This document shows positions 39,367 through 49,289 of a DNA stretch of 64,000 nt, piece after piece. The stretch covers positions 480,001 to 544,000 of the forward strand of contig CBDCKW010000009.1 of NCBI GenBank assembly GCA_965218435.1, written 5' to 3'. Below the pieces are notes generated by a model. That model was not told where the DNA came from. It ran no database searches and saw nothing but the letters and a program-made list of their open reading frames with translations. Origin of the DNA: Truepera sp. GTDB lineage: Bacteria > Deinococcota > Deinococci > Deinococcales > Trueperaceae. How positions within the stretch are numbered: position 1 is the stretch's first letter; each line of letters starts with the position of its first letter. A program made the position numbers and the translations under genes.

Positions 39367-40299
39367 TTAGCTTGACAGTGCAGCTAACGTCTTCGCCAAG
39401 CGCATCCGGCGGAGCGCGAGTTCGTTGGGTAACACAGTTAGTGCCCGCGCGTAGGCTAACAGGTCGCGGTGTAGCCCGTAAAAAGTAAGCCGCTTTTCTT
39501 CCCACCGTGACAGTGCGCCGTAGCCCGCTAAAAAGGCGTCTCGGCAACCGTAAGCCTCGAGCTCAGGCAGCAGCGCGGCGAGGTCGGTCATGGGGTCGCT
39601 GCGGCGGGCGTCGCCAAAGTCGAGGGCGGCTACTACGTCGGCCCTCTCGAGGTCGTAGAGAAACGCGTTGAGTCCCGGATGACCGTGCGTCAGGGTAATC
39701 GGCGCGTCCCGGAGGAGCGACCGGCCCCGCGCTAGTGCTGAGACCAACTTGGGCGTATCGAGCATATAATCTTTGACCGCGAGACGTAGGGGCATCTTCC
39801 AAAGCGCGGCAAAGTCATCTTCCAAACGCACGCCGCTCGTCTCTGGGCAGGCGAGGTCTCCGGCTAGCTCAAAGCGGGTGCGGTGCAAAAAGCGTATGGC
39901 CGCGCCCCAAGCGGCGGCGATACGCTCAGACTCTGCCGAGCTGGGCTGCGGCCAAACGTCGGCTAGGGTTGGGACGTCCAGATATTGAGTGATGAGGTAA
40001 GGGTACTCGAGCCGCGTCAAACTCGTGTCGGCGCGCACGAGCGGCGTGCTAAACCCGCCTAGTAGCCCGATCGCAGCGGCGCAGCGTGCGACTCTCGGCT
40101 GGTCCGGCGCACGCTGGTTGATCCACAGCACCTGCTCCGCGCCCCCCTCGAGCTGCACATAATAGGCGGCGTCTAAAGGTTCGGCGGCGAGGCGTCGCCA
40201 TAGGCGGACCGGCGCACTAAAAACCCGCGTCAGACGTTCGGGTACATTTAGCGTACCGGCCACGCTGCGAGTCCGCTTGTGCGCTGCTAGCTGCGTCAT
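39367..40299 (-). CDS. APH-family phosphotransferase-like protein with an altered catalytic motif
   Basis: YPYLITQY, THGHPGLNAFL (HGD becomes HGH), LDFGDA, DPMTDL, FLAGYG. Confidence 0.75.
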   Translation of the reverse strand: MTQLAAHKRTRSVAGTLNVPERLTRVFSAPVRLWRRLAAEPLDAAYYVQLEGGAEQVLWINQRAPDQPRVARCAAAIGLLGGFSTPLVRADTSLTRLEYPYLITQYLDVPTLADVWPQPSSAESERIAAAWGAAIRFLHRTRFELAGDLACPETSGVRLEDDFAALWKMPLRLAVKDYMLDTPKLVSALARGRSLLRDAPITLTHGHPGLNAFLYDLERADVVAALDFGDARRSDPMTDLAALLPELEAYGCRDAFLAGYGALSRWEEKRLTFYGLHRDLLAYARALTVLPNELALRRMRLAKTLAALSS

Positions 40300-40485
40300 T
40301 CGTTACCTGCTTTGTGCTGCCCGAACGTACTATACCTTTTTCAGCCCTTATTGTCAGCTACGGCTCCGGCTATAGAAACCTTAGGAATCTTGTGGAAACA
40401 CCCACGTCACCTCCTTGCCCTGACGATCAGGGTTGCAGCGCCGAAGCCCTGTGCTTTCTAGGCCCCATACGTTAGGCTCGAGGAC

Positions 40486-41736
40486 ATGAACATCTTTCAG
40501 GCCGCTGCGCTCCTCCTAAGCTTGACCGCATTTTTTGCTTACCTCAACGCGCGTTTTCTCAAACTGTCGCCCGCTGTGGGCAGCTTGCTGGTCTCGCTCG
40601 TCTTGTCGCTCGGGCTAATTCTTTTCGGCAGCACCGGCTTTGTCGGAAACGCCGAGAGTTTTTTGACGCAGCTCGACTTTAACGACCTGGTGCTTCAGGG
40701 ACTGCTGAGCTTTTTACTCTTTGCCGGTGCGCTCAATGTTGATTTAGGCCGCCTCAGCCGCCTCAAATGGCCGATCCTGACGCTGGCGACGGTGGGGGTT
40801 GTCCTGTCAACGCTGCTGGTCGGCACGGTCATGTTCTTTTTACTCGAGCTTGTGGGCTTTTCGGTGTCGTATCCTTACGCCCTGCTGTTCGGCGCACTGA
40901 TCTCACCGACCGACCCGATTGCTGTCATCTCAATCTTAAAACGTGCGGGCGTTCCCGAAGCGACCGAAACGCTCATTACCGGCGAATCACTTTTTAACGA
41001 TGGGGTGGGCGTCGTGGTGTTTAGTGTGCTCTTGGGCACAGCGGCTACCGGGGAGCACGGCGGCGGGGGCCTCGCCGGAGGGCTGCTATTGTTTGTCCAA
41101 GAAGCGGTTGGCGGCGTCGTGTTCGGTCTTGTGATAGGCTTTATCGCCTACCGGCTGCTTAAAAGTATTGACGACTACGCCGCCGAAATCTTGATTACGC
41201 TGGCGGTGGTTACCGGCGGCTACGCGCTGGCGCAGTCGCTGCACACGTCGGGGCCGCTGGCGGTCGTCGTCGCCGGGCTTTTTATCGGCAACCGGGGACG
41301 TATGTTTGCAATGTCGAAGACGACACGTGAACACCTAGACACCTTTTGGGAGCTGATTGACGAAATTTTGAACGCGGTGCTGTTCGTGCTGATCGGCCTC
41401 GAGCTGCTCGTTTTAGACTTTCGCCCGAGTTACCTCTGGGCAGTGCTGTTAGCGATTCCGGTGGTCCTCGGCGCACGCCTCATCAGCGTCAATATCCCGA
41501 TCAGTTTGTTTCGGCTCCGCCGGACCTTTCACCCCTACACGGTGCGGCTGATGGTCTGGGGCGGCCTCCGGGGTGGGATTTCGGTCGCGCTGGCACTCTC
41601 TCTCCCGCCGAGCCCCGAGCGTGACCTGCTGATTGCGCTGACCTACGGGGTGGTGGTGTTTTCGGTGCTGGTGCAGGGGCTCACCGTCGGCCGGGTGGCG
41701 CGGCGGGCCAAAGTCAGGGTCCTTAAGTCGAACTGA
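40486..41736 (+). CDS. Na+/H+ antiporter, CPA1/NhaP family
   Basis: SPTDPIAV, GESLFNDG, GGLRGGISVAL, VQGLT; about 12-13 TMs. Confidence 0.93.
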   Translation: MNIFQAAALLLSLTAFFAYLNARFLKLSPAVGSLLVSLVLSLGLILFGSTGFVGNAESFLTQLDFNDLVLQGLLSFLLFAGALNVDLGRLSRLKWPILTLATVGVVLSTLLVGTVMFFLLELVGFSVSYPYALLFGALISPTDPIAVISILKRAGVPEATETLITGESLFNDGVGVVVFSVLLGTAATGEHGGGGLAGGLLLFVQEAVGGVVFGLVIGFIAYRLLKSIDDYAAEILITLAVVTGGYALAQSLHTSGPLAVVVAGLFIGNRGRMFAMSKTTREHLDTFWELIDEILNAVLFVLIGLELLVLDFRPSYLWAVLLAIPVVLGARLISVNIPISLFRLRRTFHPYTVRLMVWGGLRGGISVALALSLPPSPERDLLIALTYGVVVFSVLVQGLTVGRVARRAKVRVLKSN

Positions 41737-41755
41737 GCTTACTCACGCTCCAGGA

Positions 41756-42190
41756 TTAAATAGCTAGGCGCTCTGCTAAAAACCGAATCGCTGCGCCGTA
41801 GCCGTAAAACCCGAGCCCGGTAATGGTGCCGATACAAACGGCAGACAGATACGAGTGATGCCGAAACGTTTCCCTAGCGTACACATTTGAGATATGCACT
41901 TCAACAGCGGGGAGGGCGACACCTGAAACCGCGTCGCGGAGGGCGACTGAAGTGTGCGTCAGTGCGCCGAGGTTTAAGACGAGTCCGGTCACGCCCTCGG
42001 CGGCGGCCCCGTGAAGCCACTCGAGCAAGACGCCCTCATGGTTACTCTGGCGGCAGACAACGTTTGTGCCAACTGCTTCGCCCCAGCGTTCACATTGAGC
42101 CTCGAGGTCAGCGAGCGTCGCGTGACCGTAAACTTCGGGTTCGCGTTGTCCGAGCAAATTCAGATTGGGGCCGTTCAAAACCAAAATCAT
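41756..42190 (-). CDS. aroQ: Type II 3-dehydroquinate dehydratase
   Basis: NGPNLNLLGQREPEVYG, QSNHEG, EVHISN. Confidence 0.96.
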   Translation of the reverse strand: MILVLNGPNLNLLGQREPEVYGHATLADLEAQCERWGEAVGTNVVCRQSNHEGVLLEWLHGAAAEGVTGLVLNLGALTHTSVALRDAVSGVALPAVEVHISNVYARETFRHHSYLSAVCIGTITGLGFYGYGAAIRFLAERLAI

Positions 42191-42203
42191 ACAGGTTTTT
42201 TAA

Positions 42204-43271
42204 TCATACAGGTTCCTTGACGGCTTTTTGCAGATAAACCCAAGCAGCTTGTAGTTCGCTCTCTTGTACGTCGTCGGCTAAAAAAGGTTGACCGATGCGT
42301 TTTAAGAGTACCCACCGCTGTTTGCTCAGGTGTTTTTTGTCTCTGGCGATAAAGGGGAGAAGTGGGTCTAAAGGAATATCCGGCAGCGGAGTGGGATTGA
42401 CCCAACGTACAAACGCCCGCACGCGCCCGGTTTCGTCGGCGTAGCCTCTAGCAGCTGCGAGTTTGGTAGCAAAAAGCAGGCCGTAGGTTACCGCGTCGCC
42501 GTGTGACAGGGCGTGGTCGGTGTAAGCCTCGAGCGCGTGCGCTAACGTATGCCCTAAGTTGAGATAGGCCCGCCGTCCGCCTTCGCGTTCGTCCTCGGCT
42601 ACGATGTCGGCTTTGACTTTGACGGAACGGGCGATGGCAGCCTCTAAAAAGTCCGCAGGTCCATCACGGTGAAAGCGAGCATCTACAACGTCGTCTAACA
42701 GCTTCGGGTCAGCCAGCAGCCCGTGCTTAAACAGCTCGACTGCGCCCCCGCGAAACTCACGTTCGGGCAGCGTTGCTAGAGTTGAGACGTCCATCAGCAC
42801 GGCTTTGGGTTGCCAGAATGCGCCGACCAGGTTTTTACCTTCGGGTAGATTGACGCCGGTTTTGCCGCCGACCGACGCGTCAACCATGCCCAAAAGCGTG
42901 GTAGACAACGTATAAAAATCCAGCCCACGCATATAAGACGCAGCGACAAACCCGGCTAAATCGCTGACGACCCCGCCGCCTAAAGCGACGACTGCACTTT
43001 GCCGATTAAACCCGTCCTGGGCAAGCCGACTCAAAAGCGTCTCTAACGTGCCCAATGATTTGCTGTCTTCACTTGCCCGAACGGTGTAAAGAAATACTTG
43101 GCTATTGGCAGCCTCGAGACTCTTTTGCACTGTGTCTGCGTAAAGCGGCGCGACCTTCTCGTCACTGATGAGCGCCAGTCTAGGGGCAAGTATATAGTCG
43201 CCCGCGCGGGCCAGCACGCCAGCCTCGACCACCACGTCATACGGTGGCGTGAGCGCGACGGTCAGCTTCAC
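42204..43271 (-). CDS. aroB: 3-dehydroquinate synthase
   Basis: GGGVVSDL, DASVGGKTG, GKNLVG, LNLGHTLAH. Confidence 0.96.
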   Translation of the reverse strand: MKLTVALTPPYDVVVEAGVLARAGDYILAPRLALISDEKVAPLYADTVQKSLEAANSQVFLYTVRASEDSKSLGTLETLLSRLAQDGFNRQSAVVALGGGVVSDLAGFVAASYMRGLDFYTLSTTLLGMVDASVGGKTGVNLPEGKNLVGAFWQPKAVLMDVSTLATLPEREFRGGAVELFKHGLLADPKLLDDVVDARFHRDGPADFLEAAIARSVKVKADIVAEDEREGGRRAYLNLGHTLAHALEAYTDHALSHGDAVTYGLLFATKLAAARGYADETGRVRAFVRWVNPTPLPDIPLDPLLPFIARDKKHLSKQRWVLLKRIGQPFLADDVQESELQAAWVYLQKAVKEPV

Positions 43272-43834
43272 GCCCGCACCTCCTCAGCGGCTTCGCGCCA
43301 CGCCCAGAGCCTTTCGACGATCTCTTCTACGACGTCGGCAGATTGCCGCCCGTCGGTCGAGACTTTGAGGCTCGCCGCCGCGTCGTAGGCTGCGGCGCGG
43401 GCGTCAGTGAGTTCGCGGATACGTTCGACCGGGTTACCGATCTCTAAGAGCGGCCGTTTGTGCCGCCGCGTGCGTTTGTAGATGGTTTCAGGGCTCGCGC
43501 CGAGCACAATCACCGGCCCCCGGCTGAGGAGCATCTCGCGGTTCTCAGAGCGCATCACGGTGCCGCCGCCGGTGGAAATCACGACATCCTCGAGCCTCAG
43601 CGACCGCCTCACCACTTCGCTCTCGTACTCCCGGAAGACGGCCTCACCGTAGAGCTCAAAGAGGTCGGGAATCCGCAAACACGACACACGTTCGATCACC
43701 CGGTCGGTGTCAATAAAGTTGAGCCCGAGCCGCCGCGAGAGTTCCCACCCGATCCGGCTTTTACCGGTACCCATAAACCCGGCCAGCGCGACCCAGGTGA
43801 CGGGGCGCTCGAGCCGGTGGCGTCTGCCGTTCAC
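43268..43834 (-). CDS. aroK: Shikimate kinase
   Basis: GFMGTGKS, DTD, FREYE, STGGG, RPLL. Confidence 0.95.
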   Translation of the reverse strand: MNGRRHRLERPVTWVALAGFMGTGKSRIGWELSRRLGLNFIDTDRVIERVSCLRIPDLFELYGEAVFREYESEVVRRSLRLEDVVISTGGGTVMRSENREMLLSRGPVIVLGASPETIYKRTRRHKRPLLEIGNPVERIRELTDARAAAYDAAASLKVSTDGRQSADVVEEIVERLWAWREAAEEVRA

Positions 43835-43845
43835 GCGCTACGTCC

Positions 43846-45000
43846 CTAAAAAGCAGCGGCGTGGCGGCGGTGCGCCTCGGCGCGTTCTTTAATCTCACGT
43901 ACCGTGTCGGCCCCGAACTTTTCCATCACCGCGTCGGCCAGCACAAGGGCGCTCATCGCCAAGACAACGATTGAGGCGGCGGGCACGGCAGTCGTATCGC
44001 TCCGTTCACGGGCGGCGGCGGCGGCTTCGTGGGTGGTGACGTCAACGGTCGGGAGTGGCGTCATCAGCGTGGCAATGGGTTTCATCGCGGCCCGCACCAC
44101 GAGGTCTTCACCGGTAGTCATCCCGGCCTCGAGCCCCCCGGCTCGGTTCGTCTCACGGTAGTAGCCGCTCTCGCCGTGATAGATCGCGTCGTGAACCTGA
44201 CTGCCGGGGCTCATCGCAGCACTCCAACCGTCGCCGATTTCAACGCCTTTGATCGCCTGAATGCTCATCGCAGCCTGCGCCAAACGCCCGTCGAGTTTGC
44301 GGTCCCACTGCGTGTGGCTACCCAGACCCATCGGTAAGCCCCGAAACCGCGCTTCGACCACGCCGCCGAGGGTGTCGCCGTCTCGTTTAGCCTCATCAAT
44401 CCGGGTGATGATGCGAGCTTCAGCGTCTTTGTCAAAGGTGCGCAGCGGACTTTCGTCAAGCACCGCCAGATTATTCCAGTCGAGGTCACCATCGCACGGA
44501 ATGCCGCCCAGTGAGACCATCCGGGCACACGCTCTGACGCCGATGGTGTCTAAAATCTGCAGCGCCACTGCGCCCGCAGCGACGCGGCTAGCGGTTTCTC
44601 TAGCGGAGGCCCGCTCTAAAACGTCTCGCAAATCTTTGTGGTCGTATTTAACGCCGCCGGTCAGGTCGGCGTGACCGGGGCGGGCGGCGGTCAGCGCCTT
44701 TTTACGGGGTTCACCCCCCGGCAGAGGCGACATGATCTCAGTCCAGTTGCGCCAATCGCGGTTTTCAATCTGAAGGCTTAAGGGTGCGCCGGTCGTGCGT
44801 CCGGCTCGGACGCCGGAGAGGATGGCAGCACTGTCAGTTTCGATCACCATGCGGCGGCCGCGCCCGTAGCCCCCTTGACGGCGGCGAAGCCAGGGGTCAA
44901 TGTGGTCGCTGGCGACAAGCGGCAACCCCGCCGGAACACCGTCCAGCATGACGGTCAGAGCGGGGCCGTGGGACTCACCGGCGGAGAGAAATCTAAGCAT
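43846..45000 (-). CDS. aroC: Chorismate synthase
   Basis: AGESHG, RRQGGYGRG, RPGHADL, ERASARET, AMKPI, ERSD. Confidence 0.97.
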   Translation of the reverse strand: MLRFLSAGESHGPALTVMLDGVPAGLPLVASDHIDPWLRRRQGGYGRGRRMVIETDSAAILSGVRAGRTTGAPLSLQIENRDWRNWTEIMSPLPGGEPRKKALTAARPGHADLTGGVKYDHKDLRDVLERASARETASRVAAGAVALQILDTIGVRACARMVSLGGIPCDGDLDWNNLAVLDESPLRTFDKDAEARIITRIDEAKRDGDTLGGVVEARFRGLPMGLGSHTQWDRKLDGRLAQAAMSIQAIKGVEIGDGWSAAMSPGSQVHDAIYHGESGYYRETNRAGGLEAGMTTGEDLVVRAAMKPIATLMTPLPTVDVTTHEAAAAARERSDTTAVPAASIVVLAMSALVLADAVMEKFGADTVREIKERAEAHRRHAAAF

Positions 45001-45043
45001 AGTACGAGCTTAGCACGCCCCTTCCGGCGGGGATTTTTGGGGG

Positions 45044-46755
45044 TTACTCGAGCACGTTCGCGGTGACGATGACCAAAAGTTCGGTGCCGGTTTCGGAGTT
45101 GTTATTAGTTGAGAAAAGATTGCCAACAATAGGTACATCGCCGAGCACTGGAACTTTGCGTGTTGTATCGTTTACCTGGTTTTGTATCAGGCCGCCGAGC
45201 ACCACGGTTTGATTCGGGGCAAGTGTGACTCGCGAGGTTAGGTTACGAGTCTGAACATTGAGCAGCGCCGGATCAGTAATGTCGCCAAGTGGAGTGTCTA
45301 CTCGACCATTAATGTCTAGGATGACCTCGCCGTCGTTCGCAATCTGCGGGACGACGTTGACTTGTACACCGTACTCGATGGTGCGTTCGATGTTTTGAAG
45401 CGAACCGTTACCGGCAATGCTGATAAATAACGTACCACCCGATTGAATTTGAGCTTCACCGTTGTTGAGCACCGTTAAGTTACTATCATCAACTCTGCGG
45501 GCTAGGTTTTGGTTTTCATAAGCGTCAAGTACCGCACCCAGATTAAACCCACTTATCGCATTTTGAGCGTCAAAGACAAAGTTAAGTCCGTTGGTGCTGT
45601 CTCCACCGAAAAGGGTAGTGGTGAAGTTGCCAACCGCCGAGGTGAGGTCAATGCCTAAGCGTTTGGTTACGTCCGAGCTGACCTCTTGTATCCGTACCTG
45701 TACATTGACCTGCTTTTCAGGCTGGTCAAGCTCCCTAATAAGCCTTGCAATTTCTGTTTGAACTTTTTCGGAACCAAAAACAAGGATACGGTTCGTTCGA
45801 GGGTCTGGTGTTACTACCAGCTCACCTTCCGCAAAGCTTGCAGCTACTGCAGCCCGTCCAGATGTGCTAGGTGTAGAAACGCTAGCTGATGTATCACGAT
45901 TTGTTGTTGTCGCGGCACTGTCCCCCGAATTAGTTGCTGTGTTGCCTCCTGAAATAGTTGTTGTTGTAGCTGGTGTTCCAGGCAAGGCGGGTTGAGATGC
46001 TTGAAAGATAGTTGCTATATCTTCAGCCTTGGCATAAGAAAGTGCATAGACACGACGCACTTTTGTCTCGTTTACGGCATTGAAAGGTTTGAGTAACTTC
46101 GCTATGCGAGCTTGTTGGCTGACTGTGGCGCGGACTGACAGCGCACCCAGCTGACCAAAAGGAATTACAGTTATGTTGCTACCCCTTGGAAATTGACTGG
46201 TCAAGTAGGATGCTAGCTGACCAAGGGTACTATTGTTTCCAGACGCATTAGCATCGCTACTTGCATTAGGAATTCTATAGGTTCTCAAAACTGTTGGTTG
46301 CTTTGTGTCGTTCCGTTGCGGTTGTAACCCGGCGAGTGTTTCAGGCGGTCCGACCACGACGATATTGTCGCTGCGTAACACGTACTCGAGCCCGTTCAGC
46401 GTCAGCACAATATCCCACACCTCACGAAACGGTTTGGGCGCACCTAAGTTGTAGCGGCCCATCGTCTCGGGGGGATGCCCTGCGTAATCGCGCTCAGGCC
46501 CACCGAGCGGGCGAGCGCCTGAATCAGGGCGTCTAACGACTCTCCAGCGGGGCGGGTACTTAAGTCAACTTTTTGACTGAACTGCGGCGTGTCGGGCAGC
46601 GGCGCGAGCTGAACTTGTGCGGGTGCTGAGCTGGGCGCTGTTGGGGTTGTAGTTGGGGCAGGCGGTGTGCTTTGTGCCAAGGCAAAAGCGCACGCCAGCA
46701 CCGACAGGGCGAGTAGAACAGGACGGGGGGCGGGGGGAGCTGAAGGTCTTCTCAT
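45044..46755 (-). pseudogene. pilQ: Type IV pilus/competence secretin PilQ, split by a frameshift in a C6 tract
   Basis: 46444..46755 holds the signal peptide and N0 start; 45044..46462 holds the secretin (DPRTNRI, ELDQP..QV, VVLGGLI, KVPVLGDVPIVGNLF). The frames join at G6 46469-46474. Confidence 0.82.
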
Positions 46756-46771
46756 CGCCCCCTAAGGGTAA

Positions 46772-47914
46772 TCAGGGGGTCATCAAGAGCGTGTGACGAA
46801 CGTCGTCCTCAGTAAACTGTGCGCCTCGGTTCGTGAGATTGGTGAGCGTGAGCTTGGTTCCCGGCAGCGCCTCGCCGAGCGCCAGCAACACGGGCGTCGT
46901 ACTGTCTCCTACGCGGAAAATCGCGGTACCGGTGGCCATCGCCGTAAAGTGAACTTGGAGCGAACTGAGGGCGCGGCTGACCCGGTTGCCGCCCAAAGAT
47001 GTGAAATTTCCGTCACTTGGCCCATTACCTGTACCAAGCCCCAACGCGGTGAGCCCGGAGCCGAGGGCGACTTGTTGGGCGCTGCTGGGGACAGGGGACG
47101 CCGCCGCTATGGGCGCGGTGCCTAAGGGGGTCAGGCTCGAGGGCGCACGAATCGCAGCGAGGGTGTTGGGAGAGGCCAAGTCACCGGGTTGGGTACTCTG
47201 CACGCCTATCGCGCGGCCTAAAGGATCAGTTTTCAGGTTACCGGTAGCGGTGGCAGGGATACGCAAGCTGGCTCCGAGGCTTTTCGGCAGGGTCGGGCGG
47301 GCTGCTCGAGCCGGAGGAACCGGCGCGGTCGGGCGCGGCGCAGGTGTGGCGGCAGCTGGTGCCGAGGGTACCGGAGCTGTCAGGGAGGACGTTGGGGGCG
47401 CAGCAACCGGGGGTTGAGGCAGCGCAGGTGGCGCGGCGACAGGAGGGGCTGGTGGGGGCGCGGGTTCGGCGGCTGGCGGGAGTAGCAGCGGTGAAAAAGG
47501 GTTGAGGGTGCTGTCACCGCTCCCGGTCACGGGTGCCGGAACCTTGATCTTAGCCTGCTTTTTAGGCGGTTCGGTGACGAGTAAGGGCAGCTCTTCAACG
47601 CCGACGTCGCGGGCGACCGCCGGGGTTTCAGGGTCGGGTAGCAGGGGCAGTGCGCCGCTGCTTACGTCTGTAGGTTCTGCAGGTGTAGGCTGCTCGCTCC
47701 CGTTCGGTAACAGCGGGAGCGCACCGTCACTGGCGCTCGGCTCGGCTGGTGCTGGGTCGGTCGGCGCTGGGTTGACCGGCTCTTTTGCAGTGTCGGCGGG
47801 GATATCTTGAGCAGGCGGGTCATTAGGTGTGGCGGCGAAGGTGACGCCGCAAGGTAAGGTGCCCAGCGAGACTGCTAAAACCGCCAAGAGAACCGTGCGG
47901 GTGAGGCGCATCAC
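46772..47914 (-). CDS. Pro-rich pilus-assembly protein in the PilW position (Thermus/Deinococcus pilMNOWQ)
   Basis: Signal peptide, long Pro/Ala linker, NPFSPL motif, C-terminal beta domain; lies between pilO and pilQ. Confidence 0.65.
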   Translation of the reverse strand: MMRLTRTVLLAVLAVSLGTLPCGVTFAATPNDPPAQDIPADTAKEPVNPAPTDPAPAEPSASDGALPLLPNGSEQPTPAEPTDVSSGALPLLPDPETPAVARDVGVEELPLLVTEPPKKQAKIKVPAPVTGSGDSTLNPFSPLLLPPAAEPAPPPAPPVAAPPALPQPPVAAPPTSSLTAPVPSAPAAATPAPRPTAPVPPARAARPTLPKSLGASLRIPATATGNLKTDPLGRAIGVQSTQPGDLASPNTLAAIRAPSSLTPLGTAPIAAASPVPSSAQQVALGSGLTALGLGTGNGPSDGNFTSLGGNRVSRALSSLQVHFTAMATGTAIFRVGDSTTPVLLALGEALPGTKLTLTNLTNRGAQFTEDDVRHTLLMTP

Positions 47915-48597
47915 TGTACCTCCGTGTCTGAGGCGGGCGTGTCTGAGGCAGGCGTTTCCGGGGTCAAGGTGCCCTCGGCAGGTAGGGCGTCTGTGCCCGC
48001 GCCGGTATAAACGTAGACCGTAAAATCGTAAGACGCACTTAAGCTCGGGTCCGCGCCCCCATCGGTGGCGGCGTTTAGGCCGACGCGCTGCACGCGGGTA
48101 AAGCGGGGGAGCGCCTCCAACGCGCGTAAAAACCCGATCGTACGGGCGTAGTTGCCTTCGGTGGCGAGCGTAAAATTGAGCAACCTGACACCGGGCACGA
48201 CCTCGCTACCGGGGCCGCCGTTTTGCAGGCCCGTAAAACTCACTTTGGCGTCGCGGGCGGCGCTGCGCAGCTGATCGAGCAGCTCGGCCACTTCGTTTTC
48301 TTCGGGCAGTTGGGCCAAGAACACGTCACGCTCTTCTTTAAGCCGCGCGACCTCGGCGCGGAGTTCGGGCAGATTGGCTCTGGCGGAGCGGCCCAGCGCA
48401 ATGTCGGCCTCCAACGCCCCATTTTCGCTCCTCAACACCTCGAGTTGACCTTTGGTTGGTGTGTACAGATAAAAGTACCAGAGCATTCCGAGCAGTACCG
48501 ACACGCTGATGGCGACGAGCGCCAACTCGCGCCCGCGCAGCTTGAACCCGCCTGCACCGCTCGCACTCCCGGAGCCGAGTTTGGGTCCTGCCAGCAT
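47911..48597 (-). CDS. pilO: Type IV pilus assembly protein PilO
   Basis: One TM, coiled coil, QLPEENEVAELL, GNY..FL..LEALPR. Confidence 0.88.
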   Translation of the reverse strand: MLAGPKLGSGSASGAGGFKLRGRELALVAISVSVLLGMLWYFYLYTPTKGQLEVLRSENGALEADIALGRSARANLPELRAEVARLKEERDVFLAQLPEENEVAELLDQLRSAARDAKVSFTGLQNGGPGSEVVPGVRLLNFTLATEGNYARTIGFLRALEALPRFTRVQRVGLNAATDGGADPSLSASYDFTVYVYTGAGTDALPAEGTLTPETPASDTPASDTEVQ

Positions 48598-49289
48598 TAT
48601 TCTCTCCCCCCGTTAGCGGCAGTCTGAGTTTCCGAGGGTGTACCGACCTGCGCAGCTTGTTCAGGTTTGGTGCCCTCTAACGGGGCTGCCCCAATCGTCA
48701 GGTTAAAATTGTAAAATTTCGTTTCCGGGTCTTGTGACAGGTCGCTAAACGACACGGCGAAATTGGGCGCGGCTTGCAGCTTGCGGAGGTAGTTGGCGAC
48801 GACCTCGGTGCTACCGGCAATCCCGGAAACGCTCATTTCAGCGACCGCTTGGAGCCCTTCGTACATCTCTGCGCCGACGGGTTGGGCACTCGCCGAGGGG
48901 TCGAGGGTGCGCATCTCGAGCGCGGTAAAGGCCATCCGCGAGGCGAGCTTGGGACCGGGCGCAGGGCGCGTTTCGAGCATGGCGTAAAGCTGCCGTGACC
49001 AGAAGATACGGCCCGTCCGCACGGTCTGCGCGACGGTTGAGATACCAGCGAGTTCGCCGCGTTCGGCCCCCAGCGCCGCCTGTTCGTCGACAAAAGGTTG
49101 CAGCACGGCCTTTTCATTACGCAGTTCGGCCCCTTGCTCGGTCAAGCGGCCCTTTTCGCTGGAGACCTGCATCTGTAAAAACCCGCAGGTCAGTAAGGTC
49201 ACAAGTGGCACCGCCACCGCGACCCCTTGCCACGGGTCGAAACTCCGGCCGCGGCGCAGCGTTTTAGGGAGGAGGTTGACGTTAATCAA
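48597..49289 (-). CDS. pilN: Type IV pilus assembly protein PilN
   Basis: INVNLLP motif, TM, coiled coil. Confidence 0.88.
   Translation of the reverse strand: MINVNLLPKTLRRGRSFDPWQGVAVAVPLVTLLTCGFLQMQVSSEKGRLTEQGAELRNEKAVLQPFVDEQAALGAERGELAGISTVAQTVRTGRIFWSRQLYAMLETRPAPGPKLASRMAFTALEMRTLDPSASAQPVGAEMYEGLQAVAEMSVSGIAGSTEVVANYLRKLQAAPNFAVSFSDLSQDPETKFYNFNLTIGAAPLEGTKPEQAAQVGTPSETQTAANGGRE

Noticed and set aside
39158..39547. ORF or gene remnant between the pseudokinase and sufC
   Set aside because: Overlaps the kinase, has no motif or RBS; the AT-rich part gives only short uninformative frames.
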